DNA from: Phaeosaccion multiseriatum | Lineage: Eukaryota; Protista; Ochrophyta, other classes | Assembly: GCA_965112735.1 (NCBI GenBank) | Contig: OZ218956.1 | Span: 124,001 to 188,000 of the forward strand | Length of the DNA: 64,000 nt | Direction of reading: 5' to 3' | Shown: positions 1 to 9,739 of the stretch, in pieces | Position numbering within the stretch: position 1 is the stretch's first letter | Layout of the letters: each line of letters starts with the position of its first letter | The notes under the pieces: model-generated | Told to the model about the DNA's origin: nothing | What the model saw: the letters and a program-made list of their open reading frames with translations, nothing else | Database searches by the model: none | Position numbers and translations under genes: made by a program

Positions 1-257
1 AGGTAAAGAAAGCTTCCTGCCGGTACCATAAGGTTCTCGAACTCGTACTCCACTGTTTCCTGCCCGTTCCCATTGTTAGCGCTGGTTACTCCGTATATGG
101 ATAAGTCTGGAATGCCTGTGTCCGCATAAAGCTCAATCGTCTTTGGGAGACCGTCTGTCAATGGTCCGTCAATGACGCCTGTGATTCGCAAGCCCGCGAG
201 GCAGCGTTGCGTCTGCACCAAGGCGCCAATTACGGCAAGTAAGCGAGAGGGAACCAT
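1..257 (-). CDS. 5' end of a secreted protein with a lamin-tail-like N-terminal domain resembling bacterial ExeM/NucH extracellular endonucleases (runs off the window)
   Basis: Manual translation from ATG 257: MVPSRLLAVIGALVQTQRCLAG (signal-peptide-like) then LRITGVIDGPLTDGLPKTIELYADTGIPDLSIYGVTSANNGNG...PAGSFLY. This resembles, from memory, the ITGVIDGPL..G.PK.IELY...DLS.YG..SANNG N-terminus of that family. Absent from the ORF track because it is truncated. Confidence 0.6.
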   Translation of the reverse strand, partial: MVPSRLLAVIGALVQTQRCLAGLRITGVIDGPLTDGLPKTIELYADTGIPDLSIYGVTSANNGNGQETVEYEFENLMVPAGSFLY

Positions 258-546
258 CTCTCGCTGCTAATCTATCTCTGTTGCCTCAAGCCGGTTTCTG
301 ATCGTGTGGTGTGCCTGACCTGGTGTGTGTTGGTCCCTCTCGCTGAACAGGGCCTCAGCGGCGAAAGGAAAGGCTCCCCATCCCCGCCGCCATTTTGGGG
401 TACCACGGCCCCAAACCCCAACAACATCAATGCCAATCTATTCTGAGTAAAATGTAAAATTAATTAATAGGGGTATTTGGTATATAAACCGTGCGGGGGG
501 GCTGTCGTTTTTTTTTTGATTTTTTATGGCACCGGTCTGGATAGAG

Positions 547-699
547 TGTTGGGATATCTCCCTCCTGGAGACTGGTGTCGTACTTGCACGAGTGTGGGAA
601 AGCGTCTTATTAGCTACATAACACTAAAAGAAGAAGTGAACGGACTTGTACCAGCGATATGAGATCGATATCTAGTGTCGACATCGATTTATCTCAACA
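547..699 (-). repeat. 3' LTR of the copia element
   Basis: Direct repeat of 6131-6283 with TG...CA termini. Confidence 0.97.
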
Positions 700-712
700 C
701 ACCTCCTCGCCT
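700..712 (-). promoter_or_regulatory. Polypurine tract
   Basis: Minus strand reads AGGCGAGGAGGTG immediately before the 3' LTR. Confidence 0.8.
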
Positions 713-732
713 GGTACTGTCCATTCCGCTAA

Positions 733-2370
733 CTACGCCCTAAAACCCATCATCTTTTCACGTAAAGCTACAAGTACTGCCGGGGTCACATGCTTCGTCA
801 AAAGGTCAGCCAGCTGCGCCTTCGAAGCCACGTACTCAAATGCAATAAGAGCCTCCTTCACTGCGTCTTGCAGAAAATGAAACCGAACATCAATGTGCTT
901 CATCCTCCGTGTCGATGCATTGCTCTCTGCCAGCTTGATACACCCCATGTTGTCCTCAAAAACAACTGTCGCCTTCGACGAGTCATCAGGGAACAAGAAA
1001 CTCAATACCTGCCTAATGTATAATATTTCCTTCACACAGTCACTGGCTGCCATGTACTCGCTCTCCAGCGAAGACATCGCCACACTCAGCTGCAATCGCA
1101 CACCCCAAGTGATAGCTGCACCTCCGTACATCAAAGCATAACCAGTCGAACTCCTGCGAGTGTCAACACATGCAGCGTAATTCGCGTCTGCATATGCTTC
1201 CAAAACACACTCGCCCTTGCCAAACACCAAAGCACGATCCACAGTACCCTTCAGGTAGCCAAACACACGCATAGCCTGCTTCCAATGCTCAGGGCCGGGG
1301 TTCTTCATATACCGCGACAACTCTCGAACAGCATAGGCAATATCAGGCCTTGTCCAGTTTGAGATCCACATCAAAACGCCCACCACACCGGGGTAGTCCT
1401 TGTCAGTCATAAAAGCTACATCAGCTGCAGACGATGGCTCCATACTCTTGCTGAGTGCTGTGCCAGACACACCGGGTGTCGAGTAAACTCGATCAGACTC
1501 CAAACCAAACTTCACTATCATCTTCTTGATGTAGTGCTCCAATGTCAATGTGACAGTGCCTACGCTCCGGTTGAACACAACGCGCACTCCCAAAAACTGA
1601 TCAACATTGGGCCCAAGTCTCTTCAACGAAAACTTGTTGTCCAGCTCTGTAAAGAGCCAGTCCACCACCTCCTGCTTTCCTCCGCAGGACAAATCATCAA
1701 CAAATACAATGAGGATGCCAACAAGCTCCCCATTCTTCCACAAAACAAATAAACACGGCTCAGCGCCGCACTGTTGCCATCCAAGCTCAAGCAGAAACTT
1801 CACCAATGTCTGATACCAACGTCTCGGTGCCTGATGTAGACCATAGAGTGCCATCAGCAAGCGCATGACCTTGCCCTTCCGCAGAAAACCCGGAGGCGGT
1901 AACACATACACCACCTCATGCTCTTGCAGAGGCGCATGCAGAAAAGCTTGATCCAAATCAGCAAACTCACACACAAAACCAGACGTCTTCATCTTGTCAA
2001 CCACCACAGCGAAGAACAAACGAACCACGGGCGCCGCAATCACTGGAGCAAAGCAATCAGAGAAATCAATTCCCTCCGTCTGAGTATGACCGCCAACCAC
2101 CAAACGAGCCTTCAACTTGGTAACATTGTCGAGATGATCACTCTTCACCTTATAAACAAAGTGAGAGCGTACTGGTCGCACATCCAAAGGCTGATCCACC
2201 ACTTCCCAAGAATTTCTTGCTTCAAGCCCCCCCCACTCACTCAGCATAGCCGCTGCCCACTCATCAGAAAACTTTCCAGTCAGAGCCTCATGCCGATTCT
2301 TTGGGGTAGGTACCTCAGACACCTTCGTACCTGGAGCTAACGACAGTAGCGCGTGCAAAGCCGCTGAATG
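733..2370 (-). CDS. Copia reverse transcriptase + RNase H (in frame with the upstream ORF, behind one UGA)
   Basis: PKNRHEAL, KARLVVGG, DLDQAFL, ALYGLHQAPRRW, VFVDDL (catalytic), TRPDIAYAV, YADANYA, FEDNMG, KHIDVRFHF, QLADLLTK. Confidence 0.95.
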   Translation of the reverse strand, partial: HSAALHALLSLAPGTKVSEVPTPKNRHEALTGKFSDEWAAAMLSEWGGLEARNSWEVVDQPLDVRPVRSHFVYKVKSDHLDNVTKLKARLVVGGHTQTEGIDFSDCFAPVIAAPVVRLFFAVVVDKMKTSGFVCEFADLDQAFLHAPLQEHEVVYVLPPPGFLRKGKVMRLLMALYGLHQAPRRWYQTLVKFLLELGWQQCGAEPCLFVLWKNGELVGILIVFVDDLSCGGKQEVVDWLFTELDNKFSLKRLGPNVDQFLGVRVVFNRSVGTVTLTLEHYIKKMIVKFGLESDRVYSTPGVSGTALSKSMEPSSAADVAFMTDKDYPGVVGVLMWISNWTRPDIAYAVRELSRYMKNPGPEHWKQAMRVFGYLKGTVDRALVFGKGECVLEAYADANYAACVDTRRSSTGYALMYGGAAITWGVRLQLSVAMSSLESEYMAASDCVKEILYIRQVLSFLFPDDSSKATVVFEDNMGCIKLAESNASTRRMKHIDVRFHFLQDAVKEALIAFEYVASKAQLADLLTKHVTPAVLVALREKMMGFRA

Positions 2371-4824
2371 TCAGGTGTCACTCTTCTGCTGTGGTTTGGT
2401 CGAGCGTCGCGAGTGTCCACGACCGTACCCGCCAGATGACAAACTCTCCCAAAACACCTCCTTGTGGCCATGTTCCTGATCAGTCCAATCCCAACCAGGA
2501 CGAGGCGCTGCGCTTTTCTCCTGCTGCTGGTGCTGAACGGATCCTTTGTCTTTGAGCTGCTGCTGTTGCTCTTTCTTCTGCTGCTGCTGCGTCACCTCCA
2601 AAGAGCTGCGCTGATGTCCTTGCTGCTGCTGAGTCTGCAACACACGCTGCTGTGCGTCTGGAAGACGCTCTCCAGTTTGCTCATGATCCCCCTCGTCCAA
2701 ATCCAGCGCAGAAAAATCGAACAGATCGAATTTTGACACCGCGATTTCCGAATCCTCGATTTCCGTAACGTCTTTCTCCAAAGGGAACTCCGACGACGGC
2801 GCGGGCTCTTTCAGAGCAAAATTGGTCTCGCTGAAAAGCTGTCCATCGATCCCACGACGCTCAGGGAGTAGCCGAAAACTGCGACTGAGGATAACGCGCT
2901 CCGTCTTCGGATCGAAAAAGACCAGGCAGTCAATCGGATGATACTTGCTCCTCCCAAGGTAGATCACAGCTCTGCCACGCCCAGACTCGTAGTGCTTGAT
3001 CGTGTGGGTGGGGCGCTGCTCCTTGATATAGGCCAGACAGCCGTACGGAGCGATGTTGCTGCAGTCCGGAGCATGACCAGTGAGCACCTCATACCGTGAC
3101 GGTTCGCCCCGCTTGCCGTTCAAGTTCAAAAACATAGAGGCATATCGAGCCCCAAAACACCACAGTTTCGGAAACGCCTGATCCAAACCCGCCGCGTCAG
3201 AGACCACTGCTGCCTTCTGAGCCAGTGTGGCCAGTCTCTTCTCTATAGCTCCATTCTGCTCCGGGGTATAGGGAGAGGTGAACTTCCAATGAACGCCCTT
3301 GCTGGTCACAAAGGTAGCTGCCTGCTCCTGATTCAGCAGCTCGTTGCCGTTGTCAACTAGCAACTCCTCAAGCTGTGCACCAGTAGGCACTACCACCTCC
3401 GCCCAAAAACGCTGCAAGGCAAGGATGAAATGGCTCTTTTTCGTGGTAAAGTACACCCAGCCAACCTTGGAGGCCATATCCTGGAAGCCAAACACCCACT
3501 TGTACCCCCCATATGCCTCAAAACTCACCGGTTGGGCATCTGCTGCCACTACACGTAGCCCATCCGTTGGATCGACAGGTCGAAGGGCCCGAGACACGTT
3601 GGCTCGGCGAGCATTGTTCCGCAGGCACGGCTCACACGAGCGCAGAGTCCCAGTGAGGTGAATGCCACGCTGCTTCGCTGTAAAGCGCAAATCTTGCTCA
3701 GCCTGGTGCCCGTTGGTGATATGGAACTGGTTGATGTCCTCCTTCGGTAACGCACGATGCCGCACACAGCCCAACACATTGACCTGCATGAGCTCATCCT
3801 GACTGGCAATCACAGCAAGAGGGTCGTCTGGAGAGGACCCAAAGACCAGCTGATCGTTCTCATCATCTCCGTGTACACCTCCCAAAGCCTGCTGCAAGTC
3901 GCTGAGCCGCAGCAAGTTGAACTTGGCCTGAGGGGCCACAACCACATCAATGCGCACCAGCCGCCGACCGCCGTTGCGGTCCTTCATCTCGAGCAGCAGC
4001 TCCCCGCGGGCAGTGACAGTGACATACCCTTCACCCGCAGTAGCTCGCATCTCGTTGATCCGCTCGATGTTTTGCACAGCCGTCATGTCGCTCGTAAGGT
4101 TACACGACGCTCCACTATCCACCACCCAGGTCTCTGAAGAGCCACTCGTCGGCGGTTCGGTGACGGACAGACAAACACCGAGGAGAGAGCCCCAATTTAC
4201 CTTGGTTGCTCGAGGCTCGCCCGAAGCAGGGGTGGTCATGACGGGTGCTGCAGAAGCGTTCTTGAGGCACCCCTTCAGAGTGGAGGGACCTCCACCTTTG
4301 CCGTCGCTGGCACTCGCAGGCTGCTCCTTCTGCTCCTTCGGCGGCGGATCCTTCTTCGGCTGCTCTGTGTTCTTGGGCTTCTTCTTCTCCGCAAACTTGG
4401 GGCACTGCTCGTCCGTAGAGATGTGGTCAGAGGAGTTACACGCAAAGCAGCGACGCCCATTGGGACACTTGAAGTGGGCGTGGTCTGTCAGGCCGCATTT
4501 AAAGCAGCGGTTGTGACGTCGACCGCCGCGAGGCCGGTCACCGCCCCCGTCCTTGCCACCATTGCCTCCCCTGGGGAAGGCAAGAATAGGGAGACTCGAA
4601 GAGCCACCCGCACCACCTTGCCGAATAGCCTCAGCTGCCGCTTCCTCTGTGGTCCAGAGGTCAGCCTTAAAGTCCGTGGGGTCCGTGATCCCTATTGCCA
4701 CACGTCGCCAGGTCTCCTTGAAGTGGAAGAGCACGGAAGGGAGACGCTCCAAAAAATTGACGGTGACGGCGCCGATGGTCATGACAATGCCGTACTCCTG
4801 AAGGAGCAGGCGGTACTCCAGCAT
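2371..4824 (-). CDS. Copia Gag C-terminus (zinc knuckles), aspartic protease and integrase
   Basis: CFKCGLTDHAHFKC knuckle and a second CFAC..H..C; WVVDSGAS protease; HITNGH...CEPC HHCC; LVDNGNE and PEQNGAIEKR of the DDE core. Confidence 0.93.
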   Translation of the reverse strand: MLEYRLLLQEYGIVMTIGAVTVNFLERLPSVLFHFKETWRRVAIGITDPTDFKADLWTTEEAAAEAIRQGGAGGSSSLPILAFPRGGNGGKDGGGDRPRGGRRHNRCFKCGLTDHAHFKCPNGRRCFACNSSDHISTDEQCPKFAEKKKPKNTEQPKKDPPPKEQKEQPASASDGKGGGPSTLKGCLKNASAAPVMTTPASGEPRATKVNWGSLLGVCLSVTEPPTSGSSETWVVDSGASCNLTSDMTAVQNIERINEMRATAGEGYVTVTARGELLLEMKDRNGGRRLVRIDVVVAPQAKFNLLRLSDLQQALGGVHGDDENDQLVFGSSPDDPLAVIASQDELMQVNVLGCVRHRALPKEDINQFHITNGHQAEQDLRFTAKQRGIHLTGTLRSCEPCLRNNARRANVSRALRPVDPTDGLRVVAADAQPVSFEAYGGYKWVFGFQDMASKVGWVYFTTKKSHFILALQRFWAEVVVPTGAQLEELLVDNGNELLNQEQAATFVTSKGVHWKFTSPYTPEQNGAIEKRLATLAQKAAVVSDAAGLDQAFPKLWCFGARYASMFLNLNGKRGEPSRYEVLTGHAPDCSNIAPYGCLAYIKEQRPTHTIKHYESGRGRAVIYLGRSKYHPIDCLVFFDPKTERVILSRSFRLLPERRGIDGQLFSETNFALKEPAPSSEFPLEKDVTEIEDSEIAVSKFDLFDFSALDLDEGDHEQTGERLPDAQQRVLQTQQQQGHQRSSLEVTQQQQKKEQQQQLKDKGSVQHQQQEKSAAPRPGWDWTDQEHGHKEVFWESLSSGGYGRGHSRRSTKPQQKSDT

Positions 4825-6008
4825 CTCCTTGTAAAGCTGGGTAGGGGGCGCTTATCCGAGATCCGCAGCTCCAAATACTCCTTCTGAAGACGATTCGCAG
4901 TCGAAGCTTCCCCTTTTCCTACCAGACGGTCCCGGGCATGGTTGAAAATGTCCTGCAGCGTCCCTCCATTGCGGGCAACGTCCTGCAGGGCCTGTTGAAC
5001 ATGCTTGCTGCCAAACGACTTAATGACCTTCTGCACCACCTGAGAGAAAAGGTAGCGCACGTTACTCAGGTTGTCATCAAGTTCCGCCAGGGCGGAGGGC
5101 GGCACCAACTCAGGCTCCTCCAGCATGAACCGAAGGCCCAAACTATCGAGCTCGGTGTGCCAACCTTCTTCGTGCTTCCGAAAGGCCAAAGCGGTGGGAG
5201 CCTCTCCTCGCAGCTCAAACTTAATTGCAGCCAAGGCCGTCTGACGCAGCTGGGCCCACTTGCCATGGGTATTGGCGTGCATCGTCGTGAGGTCAACCAA
5301 CAACGGGTCAGGAACCTCCTCACTCTCGGATGAGTCGTCATCACTGCTGTCTGATGTGCCAGCTGCGGCAGCCGCTGCAGCCGCAGAGGATGCCCTCACT
5401 CTCCCTCGAGTAGCTGTCCCGCCAGCAATCTGCACAGTCTCTTCTTCAGTATCAAGTGCTGCGTGGAGGCCTGCACCATCGGTGGCCAAGTCTGGGGACA
5501 GGGCCACGGCCTCCTCCTCTTGTTCCTCTGCAGCGTCCAGGAAGCGCTCGTCGGCATCCCTCCTTTTGGGTGCCAACGCTGCTTGCACTGCTGCAATGGA
5601 CGCTTCGTCCATCTCATTCAACTGTGACAACACTGACTTCACCGTGGGTCTACTGGCCACTGCAGCAGACCTAAGTCCAGACATGGCAGGCGTAAAAGCC
5701 CTGCCACCGCTCCCGCTACGAGCAGAGGTATCCACTGCTGCTGCCCGACTGGGGGAGTTTGTTACGGGCCCCACCTGGGCACTACGCAACCCTCGTGTAT
5801 GGAGTTCCTTGTAGTCAAGGCCAGGCCGCATCCGCAAGCCATAGCCGCTGCCGGACAAAGCTGAATCAACTCGAAGCTCCTCCTGCTGCCTTCTACTCAA
5901 AACCCCCTCCTGTCTCGTGCTCTCTTGGTCGCGGAGCCACCGCTCCTTGATCGCACGACGTGCCTTCTCCCTCGAAGCTCTAGACACTCGTCGGTCCGCC
6001 ATACTCAA
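4779..6008 (-). CDS. Copia Gag N-terminal part, out of frame with the downstream ORF
   Basis: 409-aa ATG-initiated ORF just inside the 5' LTR; overlaps the next ORF, which is in the -1 frame. Confidence 0.75.
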   Translation of the reverse strand: MSMADRRVSRASREKARRAIKERWLRDQESTRQEGVLSRRQQEELRVDSALSGSGYGLRMRPGLDYKELHTRGLRSAQVGPVTNSPSRAAAVDTSARSGSGGRAFTPAMSGLRSAAVASRPTVKSVLSQLNEMDEASIAAVQAALAPKRRDADERFLDAAEEQEEEAVALSPDLATDGAGLHAALDTEEETVQIAGGTATRGRVRASSAAAAAAAAGTSDSSDDDSSESEEVPDPLLVDLTTMHANTHGKWAQLRQTALAAIKFELRGEAPTALAFRKHEEGWHTELDSLGLRFMLEEPELVPPSALAELDDNLSNVRYLFSQVVQKVIKSFGSKHVQQALQDVARNGGTLQDIFNHARDRLVGKGEASTANRLQKEYLELRISDKRPLPSFTRRCWSTACSFRSTALS

Positions 6009-6130
6009 TGCAGCGTGGCAGACGCACCAGTGCTAAGATCTACTCCGACCGTTTCAGCTCTCCGAACTCATCCCGTACTTTACGTTCACCTCTGCACTAA
6101 TGCGCATTAGATTTCAACCGACAATTGTCG

Positions 6131-6283
6131 TGTTGGGATATCTCCCTCCTGGAGACTGGTGTCGTACTTGCACGAGTGTGGGAAAGCGTCTTATTAGCTA
6201 CATAACACTAAAAGAGGAAGTGAACGGACTTGTACCAGCGATATGAGATCGATATCTAGTGTCGACATCGATTTATCTCAACA
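6131..6283 (-). repeat. 5' LTR of the copia element
   Basis: Direct repeat of 547-699; one A/G difference (aaaagaagaag vs aaaagaggaag). Confidence 0.97.
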
Positions 6284-6414
6284 TAGAGAGGGGGGGGGGG
6301 GGATTTGGCAATATTTTTTATGGCGACCGTCAATACCCTTCCTTTTTTCTCTCCCCCCTTCTCTTTGGGCGATACCTCAATAGCGCGTCAGGGGTCGACC
6401 ACAGCAGAGAGCAC

Positions 6415-7463
6415 TCAGGTGCTGTCGTCGTCTCGAAAGTCCTCCTCCTCGTCGTCGTGCTCCTCGTCGTCGTCCTCCTCGTCCCCTCCTTCCTCCTCGT
6501 CTTCTATGGCACCCCCACCAAAGGCGACGCCCCCCGTACTGCTCGCTCCCTCCAAGCCCGCCCCCTCTGTGATCTGCTCCTCCCTTAGGCCCCAGAACAG
6601 CTCAGGCCTTCGGTAGCTCCGCTCCCCCCTGCCGCCCCTCCGACTCGCACCCGCGCTCCCGCCCCCCTCAGCAGGAGCAGCAGCAGCAGCAGGAGCTGCA
6701 GGAGCAGGGGGAGGAGGAGAAGCAGCAGCAGCAGCAGCAGCAGCAGCTGGAGTAGCAAGGGGGCTAGGTCCAGAGGGCGGTCCCTCGGCGGTAAATCTCC
6801 ACCCCAGGTGGTGGCCGCAGATCTTACAGCAGGCGATGGTCCAGAGATAGCCCGGAAACCATGAATCCTCTGCCGTAGGGAGGCCATAGAGCGATATTCG
6901 AGAGGCAACCGTTTCCCGCAGAGTGATGGTCTGGTGCACTGCTTGTTAAGGGGAGGGAAGGGGTGCACTGCTTGTGTCAAGGGGAGGGAGGGGAAAGGCG
7001 TCGTCAAGAGCGTGTACACCACCCGCCTCGAACAAAAGCCACCTCCCCCAGTGCCCGCCCGCCTCCCTCCCTCGTTCTCACCCCACTCACCCTGTCCGTG
7101 GGCATTGACGTAATTGCCGACGCTTCCCCTCGCCCCTTCCACCGCAAATATGTGCTTCTTTTTCGAAACGCCCACCCCGCACCCGCCGCAGCCCAGCCAC
7201 TCCTCTCCCGACCGCCTGAGCAGCTGCAGCTCTGCGAGGAGTCTCTCACAGGCCGAGTCCATCTCGAGCAGCTCTTGTCGCTGGGCGCTGCTCAGCAGCA
7301 GATGCGAGGCGAGGAACCAGGCGAAGTCACTTGGCTCTCCCTCTCTCTGATAATGGTCCCCCTTGGCCCCCAGCAGAGGCGCCGGGGAACGCCCCTCCCC
7401 CCCTCCCGAGCTGTTGCTTGCTCCTTGCCCTTCTCCGCGGCAGCATGCTTGTGCTTGTGCTGC

Positions 7464-7516
<53 letters not shown>

Positions 7517-8005
7517 GCTGCTGCTGTCCCCCTCTTGCTGCTCCTCCTCCTCCTCCTCCTCCTCCCTCTCCTGCTCTTCCTTCTTCCTGTCTCTCCCCGA
7601 GCCCGTCGGCGAGTAAGCCCCTCCCTCGGGCAATTCCACATGCTCTGGCGGCGAGGCTGTGCGCATCACAGAAGCGCAGCATCAGCTCCGACATGTGAAA
7701 GGGCCATCGCCTGCCTCCGCGCTGCAGCTGCTCCCGTCGCCGCCGCCGCCGGATCGGTTGCCGCCCTTGACTCACGCTGCCCCGCCCATTCCTCCAGGCG
7801 AGGCACTGCAGGGCGCTGGCAGGGGCCACGTGGCTAGCGAGCTTCCCGACCACGCCCTCGCCGCCGTCCACACAGTCCGGCAGCACCTCCACGGTGGCGG
7901 TCCTGCCGTGCGCTGCGGCTGCTGCTGAAATTGCCTTGATCTTGCAGCGGTGCCTCCCCTTGGTCTTGAGGGTGACACAACCTGTCGGGGCATGGGGAGA
8001 GAGAT

Positions 8006-8036
<31 letters not shown>

Positions 8037-8756
8037 TAAAAGGCACGCTTGGAGGCGGTACAAGTGCTCATCGACTGATGAAAGTGCCTCACCCCACCCT
8101 CTCTCTCTCGAGCACCGCCTCTGCCCGCCTCCCTCACCAGCTGCTTCCTGTGCGAACGCGTAAGACACCACCTCCGCGGTGACTCCGATTGCTTGAGAGC
8201 CCCCCGCGGAGCGTCCGGCAGCTCCAACAGAGGAGGGCACCAGGCCCCAGGGCCTCGACTCGTAGATTATGACGACTTGGCTTGAGCTACCCTCTCTCGC
8301 TGCCTGAAGCAGAGCAAGTGCTGTGGAGTAGCTTTCACCACTACCGCCACCGTTGCGGTAGATGCGAAGGGGGAGCGTCTCTCCGGGCAGCAGCACGATG
8401 GGACACTCCAGCAGAGGCAGCTTGGCCTACTTGCGAAGGAGGGGTGGACGGGGCTTAGGTTCTTCAAGGTAGCCAGCAAGAGAGAGAGACGGTCGAGAAT
8501 TGCGCCCCCCCCCTTACCTCCTCTCCAGGCAGAAGGAAGTGCCTGCTGACTGTGTGCTCCGTGAGGGCACCCAAGTATGCATGAGCATCCGCTGCGGTTG
8601 GCAGTGGTAGGCAGGGGAGTTTTATTTAGAGAAAGGGGCGGTTGATTCGATCATTTCCCTCCCACCTGCGGCCTCCTCCCTCCGAGACGGCGGCTCTGGC
8701 GCCTGCACAGACGCATCCCCCGCTACTGCTTCAGGTCCTCCTGGGCTCTCGCTCAT
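6415..8756 (-). CDS. CRBN: Cereblon-like protein (LON-N + CULT domain), multi-exon
   Basis: HAYLG near the N-terminus; LLPGETLPLRI; KGRHRCKI; QRQELLEMDSACERL; CGGC and CKIC zinc ligands; YVNAHG-VHQTITL; SWFPGYLWT...LGWRF tri-Trp pocket; FWGL. GT-AG introns join the pieces. Confidence 0.9.
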
Positions 8757-8821
8757 TGTGGGGAAGCTTTTTTTAGGGAGGGGCTTCAGATGAGGATGCG
8801 GCCGAGAGAGAAATCGCTGAC

Positions 8822-9220
8822 TTACGGAGTTTTTTCCCCCTTCCTCTCTTCCCTTGCTTGACCATCCCCACCAGAAGGTCTTCGGGCTGGGGCTGGGGAG
8901 ATGGGATGGTCGACATGGCTTATCAACCCCTCCTCTTGCCGGAGGCGCAGGGGAGGTCTGCACCTGGCGCAAGAAGGAACCACGTCGCGGGCTCCTTGGA
9001 GATGCTCTCCGGAACGGCGGCACCGAGGCCCCGGAACATGGAAGAGCGAGAGGACCGGGACTCGACGACAACAGCGGGCGATGGTGATGGATCGGCCAGC
9101 AGCAGGACCAGCAGGAGCAGCCGGAGCAGCAGCAGTAGGAAGAGCAGCAGCGCTAGGAAGAAGAGTAGGGAGAAGAAAGAGAGGCAGGGGAGAGGAAGCA
9201 ACCCCCACATCAACAGCAGT

Positions 9221-9257
<37 letters not shown>

Positions 9258-9739
9258 GCCAGTTCATGGATAGAGCCGAGCTTCAGGTCTTTACGGAGAC
9301 AAAGGAAGAGGTCGGCGGGGATGAAGGTCGCGGGGATGAGGCTTGGAGAGATCAAGCCGAGAACGGTGGCGGAGGGGGCTTGACTAAGCTGTCCGCAGTT
9401 GATCCGAGGGCGGCGTCTGCGGTGAGCCGCGCTGAGCGAACGTGGATGCGCAGCAGCAAGAGGAGCAGTAGAAGCAGCAGCACGACCTACGGGGCTGTGG
9501 ACCTTGAGATCATACCAGAGGAGGTGGAGGTGATTATGTTCACGGAGCGAAGGGAGGACAGAGACGAGTTCCGCATCACGCAGAGCCTGGGCTGCCCCAC
9601 GTGCGTGCTGTCGTGAGGCAGAGGACTGGGGTCGAGGAGAGGCACTCAGTTGGACTTGCTGCCTCCGACCAGCTTCCATTGCCACGTACAGACTGGCGGT
9701 GGTCTTGCAGTAAGTACGCCTTCTCTTGCCGGGGGCCAT
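8822..9739 (-). CDS. Possible hypothetical protein (low complexity; strand uncertain)
   Basis: 305-aa ATG ORF with some protein-like segments (LRDAELVSVLPSLREHNHLHLLWYDLKVHSP). A 252-aa Ser-rich ORF lies on the opposite strand. No family recognised. Confidence 0.25.

Larger units (their letters stand above)
547..6283 (-). mobile_element. Full-length Ty1/copia LTR retrotransposon, recent insertion
   Basis: Two 153-bp LTRs (TGTTG...CAACA) differing at one base; 5-bp TSD TAGAG at 542-546 and 6284-6288; domain order gag zinc knuckle - protease - integrase - RT - RNase H. Confidence 0.97.

Noticed and set aside
2371-2373. UGA as selenocysteine
   Set aside because: It lies in a non-catalytic linker and I could not identify a SECIS element by eye.
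3712-3721. GTTGGTGATA inside the copia integrase
   Set aside because: Lacks the CAG flanks and encodes part of the HITNGH motif; consistent with a chance hit, so not counted as a full copy.
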